A stretch of 64,000 nucleotides of DNA, taken from Spirochaetota bacterium. GTDB taxonomy: Bacteria; Spirochaetota; UBA4802; UBA5550. Under the pieces are notes generated by a model. The model searched no databases. It was not told where the DNA came from and saw only the letters and a list, made by a program, of their open reading frames with translations. Below, in pieces: positions 50,098 to 60,457 of this stretch. The stretch is from contig OY760686.1 of assembly GCA_963663865.1 (NCBI GenBank), forward strand, positions 1,741,730 through 1,805,729. The letters are read 5' to 3'. Both the position numbers and the translations under genes were made by a program. The number at the start of each line of letters is the position of its first letter. The stretch's first letter is position 1.

Positions 50098-50404
50098 TAT
50101 TTATCATTACAGCGTGAGTATTTCATATCATCTGTGTAATATTTCTTGATGCTTGGCGTTTCAATAACATTCTTACATTTAAAGATATGTCTGTAAGGAT
50201 GAAATAAATAAAATATTTGGATTTTGTTACTTTGTTAATATGAGTATTTTTCATTGACCCATGTGTTTTTACATATGATTTAAAATTGCGACAGTAATTG
50301 ATTTTGTGAGATGGAATCCAGGAATAGTTATAATGAGCTTGACGAAATGACAGGCAATGTTTTAAAAAAGTGTTCTGAAAGCCCACAAAGGAAAATGCTG
50401 ATTA

Positions 50405-51508
50405 TTGATGCTAACTGAATCTTATGTATCCAGGATATTTTTTGTATTTTCAATAATATTTTTCTTTTATGCGCTAATGCAGCTTTTGAACAGGGCAAAG
50501 CATACTGTACATTTCCTTAAATCGTTGTTGTTCTTTTCGATAGGGTATGAATATCTGTTCTCATGGTTGGACCTGACAGGAATTTATAAAACCTCCTTAT
50601 GTTTTCTGAATTACACTGATAGCAGTTTTATCTTTCTGATTGGCCCCGTTATGTATTTTTACTTCTTGAGTATCACAGGAAATAAAAATGTCCGACCCGG
50701 CAATATTCTTCTTCACGAGATTCCATTTCTAATTTCTTTTATCGTCACAGTCCTGATAAACATATATCAACCAGACACATTTCATTTCGAAACAGACTCT
50801 TCATTGTTTTATTTAAATGAGACAAAAGATTATGCTCTTAGCTTCCTGATTGTTGTGCCATATTTTTCACTTTTTTTATACCTCATCCTTGCACTTCGAA
50901 AGATTTATTACTTTTTTGGAATAAAGATGAAGTCCCGTGAAATACAGACGATTCTTTTCTTTTTGGCCTTTTCAATTCTGGCTACTCCTTTTATGCTTCT
51001 GGGGCATATTATTGGATCTGATTTACTAATCTATTCGGGAATGGTTTTTTTCTCGATGGTTATATTCTTATTTGTAATATTTTCAATACGATATCCGGAA
51101 TATACTGTTCAGGTGATCAGGGAGTCGAGAAAACTGAGTTACAAACACAATATAGAAGCTGGAGTTAAAGATTCTATTGTCGCTGATAGGCTCGTTGAGT
51201 TGATGGAGACAGAGAAACTATTTCAAGATGAATCTCTTTCATTAAAAAAATTAAGTGAACACTTGATGGTTACTCATCATGAGTTATCACGGATTATAAA
51301 TGATGTCTTCAAACTAAATTTTTATAATCTGGTTAACAGCTACCGAATAAAAGAAGCACATAAAATATTTATGGAAAAACCCGATAAAGCAATTATCGAG
51401 GTGGTGTTTGAAACAGGTTTTAGCACAAAAGCCTGTTTCTACAGCAACTTTGTCAAGTTTACTGGAATCTCCCCTGGTGAATTTCGTAAAAATTGCAGTA
51501 TCCTCTGA
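50405..51508 (+). CDS. AraC-family regulator with N-terminal multi-TM domain
   Basis: Roughly 230 aa of TM helices precede the AraC HTH ('...YRIKEAHKIFMEKPDKAIIEVVFETGFSTKACFYSNFVKFTGISPGEFRK'). Confidence 0.75.
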   Translation: MMLTESYVSRIFFVFSIIFFFYALMQLLNRAKHTVHFLKSLLFFSIGYEYLFSWLDLTGIYKTSLCFLNYTDSSFIFLIGPVMYFYFLSITGNKNVRPGNILLHEIPFLISFIVTVLINIYQPDTFHFETDSSLFYLNETKDYALSFLIVVPYFSLFLYLILALRKIYYFFGIKMKSREIQTILFFLAFSILATPFMLLGHIIGSDLLIYSGMVFFSMVIFLFVIFSIRYPEYTVQVIRESRKLSYKHNIEAGVKDSIVADRLVELMETEKLFQDESLSLKKLSEHLMVTHHELSRIINDVFKLNFYNLVNSYRIKEAHKIFMEKPDKAIIEVVFETGFSTKACFYSNFVKFTGISPGEFRKNCSIL

Positions 51509-51615
51509 AAATTGTTCAAACTTTATAAGGTTGGACGACAAGACATATTCATTTTTATAAATTGAATATACTCATAGAGTATGTACTAATTTATAAAATG
51601 GAGAAAGTTATGCGA

Positions 51616-54078
51616 ATGAAATATTATTCAGCTTTTGTTTTACTCGTTATTATGATGTTAGGCAGTTGTTCAGGTTCGGGAGATGATAGGTCTAATGATT
51701 TGATTTCATACAGTTCAGAAGAAAATGAAAAAGTTTTAAATCAGCTGGGTATTGACACCGACCCTGGTGACAGAATAGGCGTAAGTGGTCGAGCTTTGAG
51801 TGAAAAAGACAATCCATTGGGAAGCATGATCACAAATATTCAGAAAACTGATGAAATATTTCTGACATCAACAGGTAATCAGTTTAATTTATTTGAAAGA
51901 AATACTGATTCAATTACAGAAAAGACAACATTTGGTAATGTTGATGATATTGCCCAGTCAGCAAACTGTTTTCGGCAAACTGTCGCAGCTGACATTGATG
52001 GTAATGGAAAGGAAGAAATTATTATTGCTGTTTTCTCAAATTCTCCAAATACGATTTCTTTGTATGAGTTGACTGATGGGTCAGCTCAAAATATAGAATT
52101 CAAGTCATCTGTTTCATGGAATACTTCAGCGTCATACTCTGATGCACGCGACTGGTACCATAAAATTGATCTTGATTCAGCTGATCTTGATGGTGACGAA
52201 AAAGATGAAATAGTTATTACTGCTGAAAGTAATTTGTATGTTTTTGATAATGATTTTACTCAGGTAAACCTTAATATTGACACTTTCCCTCCTCTCGAAG
52301 GATCTACCAGTCAATGCCTCAGGGTTGAATGTGACGATCTTGATAAAGATGGATGTGCTGAGTTGATTTTTGTAAATGGAGATTATGCAGATAATCTTAC
52401 AGCATTGATTTCAGTCTATTCATATAGTGAAGGTATACTCAATCTGTTGATTGATTCGGTACCTGCTGCCGTTGCTTCAATCTCCCTGAGGGCCGCAGAT
52501 GTTAAAACAGGCGATGTCGATGGTGATTATTTGCCCGAGCTGGTATTTGCAGGAATAGACAACAGTTCGAGTGATCTGATAACATTTATAATGGACGTTG
52601 AATCGAATGAAGGAACTGTTAGTGGAACAATCCTTGATTCGTATGGCACTGATGACCTTAACAGTCAGACGAGGCTGGATCAGATCGGCAATGGTTGGTG
52701 GCCTGCAAGGGACAATGATTGTAAAATACCCATTTTGGCTGTTGGTGATCTTGATCATGATGGAAAAGATGAAATTGTTTCAAATGACGATATCTGGTCG
52801 TATAACCCTGATGTGAAGCAAATGGATTATGCGTACGATACTTCGAGTAATGAAATACTTCGCCAGGCTCTTCCGCAGGAGTATATGCCGGGAATACTGG
52901 GGATATGGGGGGTTAGACCAACAGATACGGCATGGTTTAATCAGGTCGCAATTGGTGATATCAACGGAGATGGTCCGAAGGAAATAGTCGTACTTGACTA
53001 CACCAGAGACAATTTACGAATATTCTCATACGATTCCAGGGAAGGCAAGGTTGTCAGGGGGGATGATGTCCAGTATACTACACTCTCAGATTATCCGACG
53101 CTGTCACTGGCTGATGTGGATAATGACAGTATGATTCTTGAATACATCGGGCATAAGCTTATATTTTCGACACCTCAGATTACAGCTGTTCTTGTTTCTC
53201 CCCCATACCATGCTGATAAGGACCAGAACATTGATAACTCGTACACTCGATACGGTAAGGTTACTTCTGTTTCGGCAGGTGTAAGCGGTACAATCGCTTA
53301 TTCAATCGGTGTATCGGGTGGTATTTCTGCCGAAGTGCCGGTAATCTCAAATGGATCTGTTGAGATAAAGGCAACTGTAAGAGACACCTATGAATTCTGT
53401 GCAGATGCAGAAACTTCAGCAGATCTGTCTATAGCCTATGATTCGTATGCTGGTGAGAATAGTGTGGTTTTTACAGCTGTTCCTATAGATTGCTATATGT
53501 ATGAGGTTGTAAATAAAGGTGATTATACTGAAGATGTTTCTTTGGGAGATATTTATTATATCACCGAACATCGATCAACCAGGCTTTGTTTTACAAGTGT
53601 TGAATTTTTTAACGAGAATAATGGCGATTATGATGATATTGATGATTCTATTCTGATTCACTCTGTGGGAGATCCGTCTTCCTACTCGAAACTATCAGAA
53701 GCGACAAAAAAGGTCAATCTTGATATAACCCAGGCACTGCTCATGAATAGCAATAGTGGCAACGTTGCTGAAGGGAACAAATATACTACTATGACATACG
53801 AGACATCAAATACTATAGGCGGTTCTTTTACATATGAATCTGAAGTCTCTCTCGAAACACAGGCTTCGTTCATTGCGCTTATTGGTAGTGAAAGAACAGT
53901 AAGCGTTGGTCTTACACTGTCTTCCTCTGCCAGCAGTGGTACCTGTATCGAAGGCTCTGTTGGCGGATTAAATGGCTCCGATTACAAGGCCGGCAATCTC
54001 TTTGCATGGGGCATTTATTCATACGTGGCTTCTTTGTCAGGTAATAAGTTCACTGTGGTAGATTACTGGGTGGATTAG
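51616..54078 (+). CDS. Large FG-GAP-repeat (integrin-alpha-like beta-propeller) lipoprotein
   Basis: Lipoprotein signal MRMKYYSAFVLLVIMMLGSC. At least six repeats of D-x-[DN]-x-D-G-x-x-E-[IL]-[IV] (DIDGNGKEEIIIA, DLDGDEKDEIVIT, DLDKDGCAELIFV, DVDGDYLPELVFA, DLDHDGKDEIVS, DINGDGPKEIVVL). A Ser/Thr/Gly-rich C-terminal domain of about 300 aa. The ORF track starts at 51562. Confidence 0.65.
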   Translation: MKYYSAFVLLVIMMLGSCSGSGDDRSNDLISYSSEENEKVLNQLGIDTDPGDRIGVSGRALSEKDNPLGSMITNIQKTDEIFLTSTGNQFNLFERNTDSITEKTTFGNVDDIAQSANCFRQTVAADIDGNGKEEIIIAVFSNSPNTISLYELTDGSAQNIEFKSSVSWNTSASYSDARDWYHKIDLDSADLDGDEKDEIVITAESNLYVFDNDFTQVNLNIDTFPPLEGSTSQCLRVECDDLDKDGCAELIFVNGDYADNLTALISVYSYSEGILNLLIDSVPAAVASISLRAADVKTGDVDGDYLPELVFAGIDNSSSDLITFIMDVESNEGTVSGTILDSYGTDDLNSQTRLDQIGNGWWPARDNDCKIPILAVGDLDHDGKDEIVSNDDIWSYNPDVKQMDYAYDTSSNEILRQALPQEYMPGILGIWGVRPTDTAWFNQVAIGDINGDGPKEIVVLDYTRDNLRIFSYDSREGKVVRGDDVQYTTLSDYPTLSLADVDNDSMILEYIGHKLIFSTPQITAVLVSPPYHADKDQNIDNSYTRYGKVTSVSAGVSGTIAYSIGVSGGISAEVPVISNGSVEIKATVRDTYEFCADAETSADLSIAYDSYAGENSVVFTAVPIDCYMYEVVNKGDYTEDVSLGDIYYITEHRSTRLCFTSVEFFNENNGDYDDIDDSILIHSVGDPSSYSKLSEATKKVNLDITQALLMNSNSGNVAEGNKYTTMTYETSNTIGGSFTYESEVSLETQASFIALIGSERTVSVGLTLSSSASSGTCIEGSVGGLNGSDYKAGNLFAWGIYSYVASLSGNKFTVVDYWVD

Positions 54079-54287
54079 TGATGTTATTGTATTATTGAAT
54101 TTGGCGAATAACAATAATACATCCTTTTGGCTGTTGTTTTGCCAACGGCCTTGCCGGTATTACTTATGCACACGGCCTGTTAATCGTAAAAAATATTCTT
54201 GAAAAAAGGAGCAGATAATTGCGTATGAATCAATAAAGAATTATAGTATATACAATTTATTGATTACATATTGTCAAAGGAACGAAA

Positions 54288-55481
54288 ATGCGAATAGGAA
54301 CTCCACTCTCCGAATCTGCTACAAAGGTGATGCTGCTGGGCAGCGGCGAATTGGCCAAAGAGGTTGTAATCGCGCTTCAGAGACTGGGCGTGGAGGTCAC
54401 GGCCGTTGACCGCTACCCCAACGCTCCGGGAATGCAGGTGGCGCATCATTCGTACACGATAGACATGTCTGATCACACCGAGCTTCGCGCGCTGATAGAA
54501 AAAACGAAGCCGCATATAATTGTCCCTGAGATAGAGGCCATTGCCACTGAGGAGCTGCTGAAGATCGAACAGGAGGGTATTGCCGAGGTTATTCCAACGG
54601 CGAGAGCTGTTAATCTTACAATGAACCGTGAGGGTATAAGAAGGCTTGCCGCCGAGGAACTCGGGCTTCCGACATCACGATACAGGTTTGCCGGAAGCAG
54701 GGAAGAGCTTGCGGAGGTTGTGAAAGCAATCGGTTTCCCCTGCTTTGTAAAGCCGGTCATGTCATCTTCCGGCAAGGGGCAGTCGCGTATCGACTCTGCC
54801 GACGAGGTCGATGCCGCCTGGGATTACGCTGCCAGGGGAGGCAGGGTTGACAGCGGAATGGTCATCGTTGAAGAGATGATTCACTTTGATTACGAAATCA
54901 CCCAGCTTACAGTTAGGGCTGTAGGAACTTCCGGCTCTGTTGAGACCTTCTTCTGCGAGCCGGTAGGACATGTGCAGGTCAACGGCGACTATGTCGAGAG
55001 CTGGCAGCCGATGGAGATGAGTCAAACTGCTAAATTTAGGGCGAGGGATATAGCCGGAAGAATAACCGCCGCTCTCGGAGGCAGGGGTATCTTCGGTGTT
55101 GAGCTCTTTGTGAGGGGCGATGAAGTTTTCTTCTCTGAGGTCAGCCCCCGTCCTCACGATACGGGGCTTGTTACTATGGCCACTCAGAGGTACAGCGAGT
55201 TCGATCTTCACGCGAGGGCGATACTTGGACTGCCGGTTGACGCTTCTATGAGGACGCCGGGCGCGAGCGCTGTTATTTATGGGGGGATAGAGTCTGAAGG
55301 AATTGCGTTTGAGGGTGTCGGGGAAGCACTGTCTGTTCCCGGGACCGACATCAGGCTTTTTGGAAAGCCACGGTCTTTTGTTAAACGGAGGATGGGCGTA
55401 ATCGTAGCGGAAGCTGACAGTGCTGAAGAGGCGAGGGAAAGAGCTAAAAAGGCGGCGTCGCTTGTGAGGCCGGTCAGTTAG
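54288..55481 (+). CDS. purT: Formate-dependent GAR transformylase
   Basis: '[30 protein letters not shown]' with full-length PurT (ATP-grasp) similarity. Confidence 0.9.
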   Translation: MRIGTPLSESATKVMLLGSGELAKEVVIALQRLGVEVTAVDRYPNAPGMQVAHHSYTIDMSDHTELRALIEKTKPHIIVPEIEAIATEELLKIEQEGIAEVIPTARAVNLTMNREGIRRLAAEELGLPTSRYRFAGSREELAEVVKAIGFPCFVKPVMSSSGKGQSRIDSADEVDAAWDYAARGGRVDSGMVIVEEMIHFDYEITQLTVRAVGTSGSVETFFCEPVGHVQVNGDYVESWQPMEMSQTAKFRARDIAGRITAALGGRGIFGVELFVRGDEVFFSEVSPRPHDTGLVTMATQRYSEFDLHARAILGLPVDASMRTPGASAVIYGGIESEGIAFEGVGEALSVPGTDIRLFGKPRSFVKRRMGVIVAEADSAEEARERAKKAASLVRPVS

Positions 55482-56191
55482 CGTTTTTTCCCAAATATCA
55501 GCTTGCCTTCTTTCATGTCCCAGTTGAGATCAATCTCTTTGAAAGATATGCTTTCGATCAGCTTCCCGGCCGCTTTTTTGAGCTCTTCAGGGGGCTCGCC
55601 CGAATGGAGTACTGTTGTATTGAACAGGACAGTTGATATTGAGGCTTTGACTGTTGTTCCGTAGCGGGGCAGTGCGTAGCTTATCTGCAGCTTCGAAAGA
55701 TGTTCTTCCTTGAGAAGCGGGCTGATATTCTTCAGACTGATACTGCTGAAAAAATCACGCCAGCTCAGCTTTGGAAGTATTTTTGATGTAACGTCATTCC
55801 AGCGCTCCCCATCAAGAAAATAGAACCTGAGCTTTGAGTTGACACCGATTCCGTCGTGTTCGGTCGTATTGGCGGCGATATACCTCGTTTTGTTCGCGTC
55901 AATAAATATCGCCATTTCGTGAATGACCGTTCCCCCTCCGGTGCCTTCGTCGGTTATGTTCAGCCAGCCGTTTTTAAAGTCAATGGTTGGAGTGAGTTCG
56001 TAGTCAGCCGACGATTGTGTGATGAACTTTCCCCCTTTATTTTCGATTTTGAATTTGGAAGGATATTCAGAGCTTATGGAAATAAGCTTCGCGGGTATCA
56101 TTTGATAATAGTCGAGCACGGAAAGGTTCTTAGCGTTTGAACCTGCCGGGGCCAGTGCTATCAGTGTTAAAAGAAGTGCTGTCCTTTTCAT
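55478..56191 (-). CDS. Hypothetical secreted protein (no family recognised)
   Basis: A signal peptide '[20 protein letters not shown]'. It lies downstream of the ABC ATPase. Its stop overlaps the purT stop on the other strand. Confidence 0.4.
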   Translation of the reverse strand: MKRTALLLTLIALAPAGSNAKNLSVLDYYQMIPAKLISISSEYPSKFKIENKGGKFITQSSADYELTPTIDFKNGWLNITDEGTGGGTVIHEMAIFIDANKTRYIAANTTEHDGIGVNSKLRFYFLDGERWNDVTSKILPKLSWRDFFSSISLKNISPLLKEEHLSKLQISYALPRYGTTVKASISTVLFNTTVLHSGEPPEELKKAAGKLIESISFKEIDLNWDMKEGKLIFGKKR

Positions 56192-56223
56192 GTCAATCCT
56201 CCTGAATAGTTGAATAATTGAGT

Positions 56224-56988
56224 CTATATGACCGAATAACTTCGAGAACCCGATTTCTTTACCATGATTTTGCTTCCGAAGAGATCAGATAAAACCTCGT
56301 CTGTCAAACCCTTATCAATTTCTCCGCTGAAGAAGGTCTTCCCGTCTTTGAGTATCATTATTTTTTTGAATAGAGGGGTTATTTCTTCGATGTGATGCGT
56401 CACGTAGATTATCTCTACTCCGGTATGCTCATGAAGGCTGTCAAGCAGGTGAAGGAGCTCTTCGCGTGAAGAAATGTCCAGACCCGTTGCGGCCTCATCC
56501 AGGATAAGAAGTCTCGGATTTCTAATCGTAGCCCTCAGGATGAGGCATTTCTGCCTTTCACCGTCAGAGAGTGTGCCGAAAAGGCGTCCGGCCATTTCCG
56601 ACATCCCAAAGGTCTTCAGAAATTCTAAGGCCTTTTCTCTTTCGTCCTCTCCTGGAACGGAGTAGGGGCCCAGATTGGCTGAAAAGCCGCTTGCAGTAAT
56701 GTCGAGCACTGATTCTCTTGATCCGACCATCTCCTTGAGGAATGTGCCGACATATCCGATGTCCTTTCTGACCTCGCGTATGTCGGCGCCGTATTCAATG
56801 CCGAAGCGTTTGACTCTTCCTGCGCTCGGGTAAAGGTAGCCGGAGATGATCTGCAGCAGCTTTGACTTGCCGCTTCCGTTTCTGCCGAAAAGCACCCAGC
56901 TCTCTGAAGGCGATATCCTCCAGTTGATTTTTGATAAAAGCGTACTGCCGTCAGGTAGCGAATATGATACATCCTCAAGCTCTATCAT
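56224..56988 (-). CDS. ABC transporter ATP-binding protein (no adjacent permease)
   Basis: Walker A 'GRNGSGKS', signature 'LSDGERQK' and Walker B 'LILDEA'. The start overlaps the 3' end of the RND gene. Confidence 0.85.
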   Translation of the reverse strand: MIELEDVSYSLPDGSTLLSKINWRISPSESWVLFGRNGSGKSKLLQIISGYLYPSAGRVKRFGIEYGADIREVRKDIGYVGTFLKEMVGSRESVLDITASGFSANLGPYSVPGEDEREKALEFLKTFGMSEMAGRLFGTLSDGERQKCLILRATIRNPRLLILDEAATGLDISSREELLHLLDSLHEHTGVEIIYVTHHIEEITPLFKKIMILKDGKTFFSGEIDKGLTDEVLSDLFGSKIMVKKSGSRSYSVI

Positions 56989-59900
56989 CTGGCCTTTTTC
57001 TCTTCTTTTTCCTGACGGTTTTTTCGGGAACTTCCTGTGAGGATTTCGCCCGCTCTTTTTCAGCGAATTCCTCTCTTATGATTCTCTCCCTTGTCATGTC
57101 TTCTTCGCAAAGCATGTTGTTCGCTGCAGGCCTGAATCGTTTTTCGATGAATTCACGGAACCTGTCAATGTATTCAAACGCGGCGGGTACCATAATAAGC
57201 GTAATGAGCGTTGATATTATGAGGCCGCCAATTACGGCTACTCCCATTCCGGTGCGGTACTTTGCTGCAGCTCCGATTCCAAGGGCAACAGGCAGAGTCC
57301 CTGCAAGCATGGAGAGCGTTGTCATGAGAATCGGTCTCAGCCTTATCAGTCCGGCGTTGTAGATTGCCTCCTTTCTCGTCATGCCCGTGCGTATTCCTTC
57401 AAGAGCGAAGTCGACAAGGAGGATTGAGTTCTTGGTTACAATGCCCAGGAGCATGATTATGCCTATCATCCCGAACATGTCCATCATCTTGCCGGTTACG
57501 ATGAATGCGTAAAAGGCCCCGGAAAGCGCGGGAGGCAGCGCTATCAGAATGGTCACAGGCGTGATAAATGATTCATACAGGCTCGCCAGAACAAGATAGA
57601 TAAATAAAATGGACAGAAAGAAAGCCATAATGATATTTTTTACCATGTCCTGGAAGCTGTCAGCCTGACCGATGAATGAATAGGATACTCCTTCGGGCAG
57701 GGGCAGCTCTTCGTTTACAATCTGATGTGTGCGGCTAAGCGCGTTGCCCAGCGCCCCGTCAGGAGCAATGTTTGCCATAACCTGTACAATGCGCGCCCTT
57801 TCCTGACGGAGAATACGGGCGGGGCCTTCAGTTGATATACCTTCCGCTACAGCGTTGAGCGGTATCATGCGGTTTTGTATGTTAGGAATCTTTGTGTTTT
57901 CAAAGGCGCTCTTGAGATTGCGCTGTTCCGGTTTCAGTCTGACCCTGATATCGTATTCAAGCCCGCCTGAGTGGTACTTGCCCGCCAGGCCGCCTTCAAT
58001 CTGATAGCGCAGCTCAAGGCCTGCCAGCCTCTGGCTCACTCCAACCTCTTCAAGCCTGCGCGGGTCGAGATGTACCTGAAATTCAGGTTTGCCCGGTTCA
58101 AAGCTTGTCGTTACTTCAGTGAGGTCGGGAATTGCCTTGAGCTTTTCTATCACCTTTTCGGCGTATTCGTTAAGAACATCAAGATTCTCACCTTTTATTA
58201 TGAGCACATATGGCTTGTTGGATCCGCCTCCGGCGACCCGGCTGTAGTTGTCAACAGCCGGCTTGGCATAGCTGTATTTCGCGAGAATTTTTCTCAGCTC
58301 CTGCTTTATCCCAGCCGTGTCGCGCGTTCGCTCTTCTCTGGGGACAGCGAACATTCCTATGGAAGCTACATTGGCCTGCCCCTGGTCGTTTCCGGCCTGA
58401 AGGGTGAAAAAGTCAAGTTCCGGAAGCGACTTTAGCTCTTCAGCGATTTTGAGGGCCGTTTCGTATGAACCGTTGAGACTTGTGTCAGGAGGAAGCTGGA
58501 GGTTGATGAGAAACTCTCCCTCATCGGGGTCAGGCTGAAAGGTTTTTTTAACAGTCCCGAAGGCATAAACGCTGCCGATGAACACAGCAAGGGTAATGAG
58601 TATTATAAAAAGGGGATGATTTAGCGAGAAGCGAATAACGCTGCCGTATCCTCTTTCAAGAAAGGACTGAAGACGTTCAAAGGACTTGACCACAAAGTTG
58701 TTGTCCTTCTTTCCGCTGCCCGCGAAGTACCCGCTTAAAAGCGGAGCTACCGTCAGGGCGTCGAAAAGGCTGATTGAAATAGCAAAAACAATTGTTAAAC
58801 CAAACTGCTTGAAAAAACGGCCGATTACCCCTTCAAGAAAGGCTATCGGGAAAAAAACAGCAATGATTGTAAGCGTTGTGGCTATTACAGCGAGCATGAC
58901 CTCGGTAGTGCCTATCTCCGCTGCTCTCATGGAGCCGCAGCCGCCTTCGAGCTTCCTGAATATGTTCTCGCGTACAACAATGGCGTCATCAACCAGAAGG
59001 CCGATTGTAAGCGACAGAGCGAGAAGGGTCATGATGTTCAGCGTAAAGCCCATAAAGTACATGAGAACAAATGCGCCGAGCAGGCTGTTCGGTATAGCGA
59101 TACTTGTTATGATGGTTGACCTGACATTTCCGAGGAAAAGATAAACAACAAATATGGCGAGGATGATGCCGATTATCATGGTCTCGAAAACGTCATCAAT
59201 GTTGCGTCTGATGTGTTTGGCTGTGTCGTACACGAAGATGAGCTGCGGGTTGCCTTTGCCCTTTGACAGGACCTGGTTGATGCGTCCGAGCCGTTCCATG
59301 ACCCCGTCGCTTACGGCAACAGTATTGCCTCCGGACTGCTTGAATACATCGATAAGCAGGCAGGGCCTCATACCGCGGTCAGCTCTGTTCTTCGAGTCGG
59401 CCTGCTCATCCGCGGCGGAAGTGTTTCCGGCGGTAAATGGATAGTATATGTATGATATTGTGTTTAAATCTTCGGTGCCGTCAACTACGCGGCCAATCCG
59501 GTCAACTGTCACAGAGCTGTTAACATCCCCACCAAACGAAACGACGGCCTTCTGTATCTGGTCGAGGTCTGTGAATTGGCCGACAGTCCGGAACAGAGTG
59601 CTTCTGCCGTTGCTGTCATGTTTGCCGATAGGAACATTTGCTCCTGAATTGGAGAGCCTGTTCACCACGGTCGAGGTTGATATCTCGTATTCGTTGAGCC
59701 TGTTCCGGTCAAGTTCAACCTGAATCTCGCGCCTCGTTCCGCCTGAGATACGGACTTCGCCGACCCCGCTGACCTGCTCAATGATGGGCTTAAGCTCTTC
59801 TTTCGCGAGATCGTAGAGCTCTGCCGGCTTAATGTCGGCAACAAGCGCGAAAGTCAGGATTGGCATATCGGTAAAGTCGAACTGTCTGACAACGGGTTCG

Positions 59901-60334
59901 TCAAGAAGGTCGGCTGGAAGGTTGTTGCGGGCCAGGGCGACTTTTTCACGCATCTTCTCTTCGGCGTACTGGATGTCGGTTTCGTAGTCGAACTCGGCGA
60001 TAACGACGGACATGCCCTCGTTGTTTCTTGACGACAGGCGTTCAATCCCGGCGATGGAGCTGACCTGTTCCTCGATTGGCTTTGTGATAAGCTCCTCAAT
60101 CTCAGTGGGTGTTGCGCCCGGATACAATGTCGATACGGTTACAACAGGAAAGTCAATCGGCGGGAAGAGATCGACTCCGATTCTTCCGAGCGAGATTAAA
60201 CCCAGTACAATCATGATGATGACGATGCAGGAAATAAAGATAGGGCGCTTTAGAGAGAGCCTTGCTATATTCATGTTATCCCTTCGCTCAGCTGAAGTAT
60301 TGTTGCCGCTGTATAGCTGTTGAGAACATGTCAT
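56975..60334 (-). CDS. RND (HAE1/AcrB-type) efflux permease with long charged C-terminal tail
   Basis: 'MNIARLSLKRPIFISCIVIIMIVLGLISLGRIGVDLFPPIDFPVVTVSTLYPGATP' with the 12-TM/two-large-loop layout. A lysine/glutamate-rich tail of about 70 aa. Confidence 0.85.
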   Translation of the reverse strand: MTCSQQLYSGNNTSAERRDNMNIARLSLKRPIFISCIVIIMIVLGLISLGRIGVDLFPPIDFPVVTVSTLYPGATPTEIEELITKPIEEQVSSIAGIERLSSRNNEGMSVVIAEFDYETDIQYAEEKMREKVALARNNLPADLLDEPVVRQFDFTDMPILTFALVADIKPAELYDLAKEELKPIIEQVSGVGEVRISGGTRREIQVELDRNRLNEYEISTSTVVNRLSNSGANVPIGKHDSNGRSTLFRTVGQFTDLDQIQKAVVSFGGDVNSSVTVDRIGRVVDGTEDLNTISYIYYPFTAGNTSAADEQADSKNRADRGMRPCLLIDVFKQSGGNTVAVSDGVMERLGRINQVLSKGKGNPQLIFVYDTAKHIRRNIDDVFETMIIGIILAIFVVYLFLGNVRSTIITSIAIPNSLLGAFVLMYFMGFTLNIMTLLALSLTIGLLVDDAIVVRENIFRKLEGGCGSMRAAEIGTTEVMLAVIATTLTIIAVFFPIAFLEGVIGRFFKQFGLTIVFAISISLFDALTVAPLLSGYFAGSGKKDNNFVVKSFERLQSFLERGYGSVIRFSLNHPLFIILITLAVFIGSVYAFGTVKKTFQPDPDEGEFLINLQLPPDTSLNGSYETALKIAEELKSLPELDFFTLQAGNDQGQANVASIGMFAVPREERTRDTAGIKQELRKILAKYSYAKPAVDNYSRVAGGGSNKPYVLIIKGENLDVLNEYAEKVIEKLKAIPDLTEVTTSFEPGKPEFQVHLDPRRLEEVGVSQRLAGLELRYQIEGGLAGKYHSGGLEYDIRVRLKPEQRNLKSAFENTKIPNIQNRMIPLNAVAEGISTEGPARILRQERARIVQVMANIAPDGALGNALSRTHQIVNEELPLPEGVSYSFIGQADSFQDMVKNIIMAFFLSILFIYLVLASLYESFITPVTILIALPPALSGAFYAFIVTGKMMDMFGMIGIIMLLGIVTKNSILLVDFALEGIRTGMTRKEAIYNAGLIRLRPILMTTLSMLAGTLPVALGIGAAAKYRTGMGVAVIGGLIISTLITLIMVPAAFEYIDRFREFIEKRFRPAANNMLCEEDMTRERIIREEFAEKERAKSSQEVPEKTVRKKKRKRPDDRA

Positions 60335-60400
60335 CTTTGATATAAAATGAAATAATATTCAATATAAAAAATAGACTGAAGGGAATTTTATTGAGTTAAG

Positions 60401-60435
60401 GGCAAAAAAAGAGGCTGCCTGAAAGACAGCCTCCG
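60401..60435 (-). terminator. Rho-independent terminator after adhE
   Basis: On the minus strand GGAGGCTG-loop-CAGCCTC is followed by a T7 run. Confidence 0.55.
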
Positions 60436-60457
60436 TATCTATATTAAACGAAGCAGC

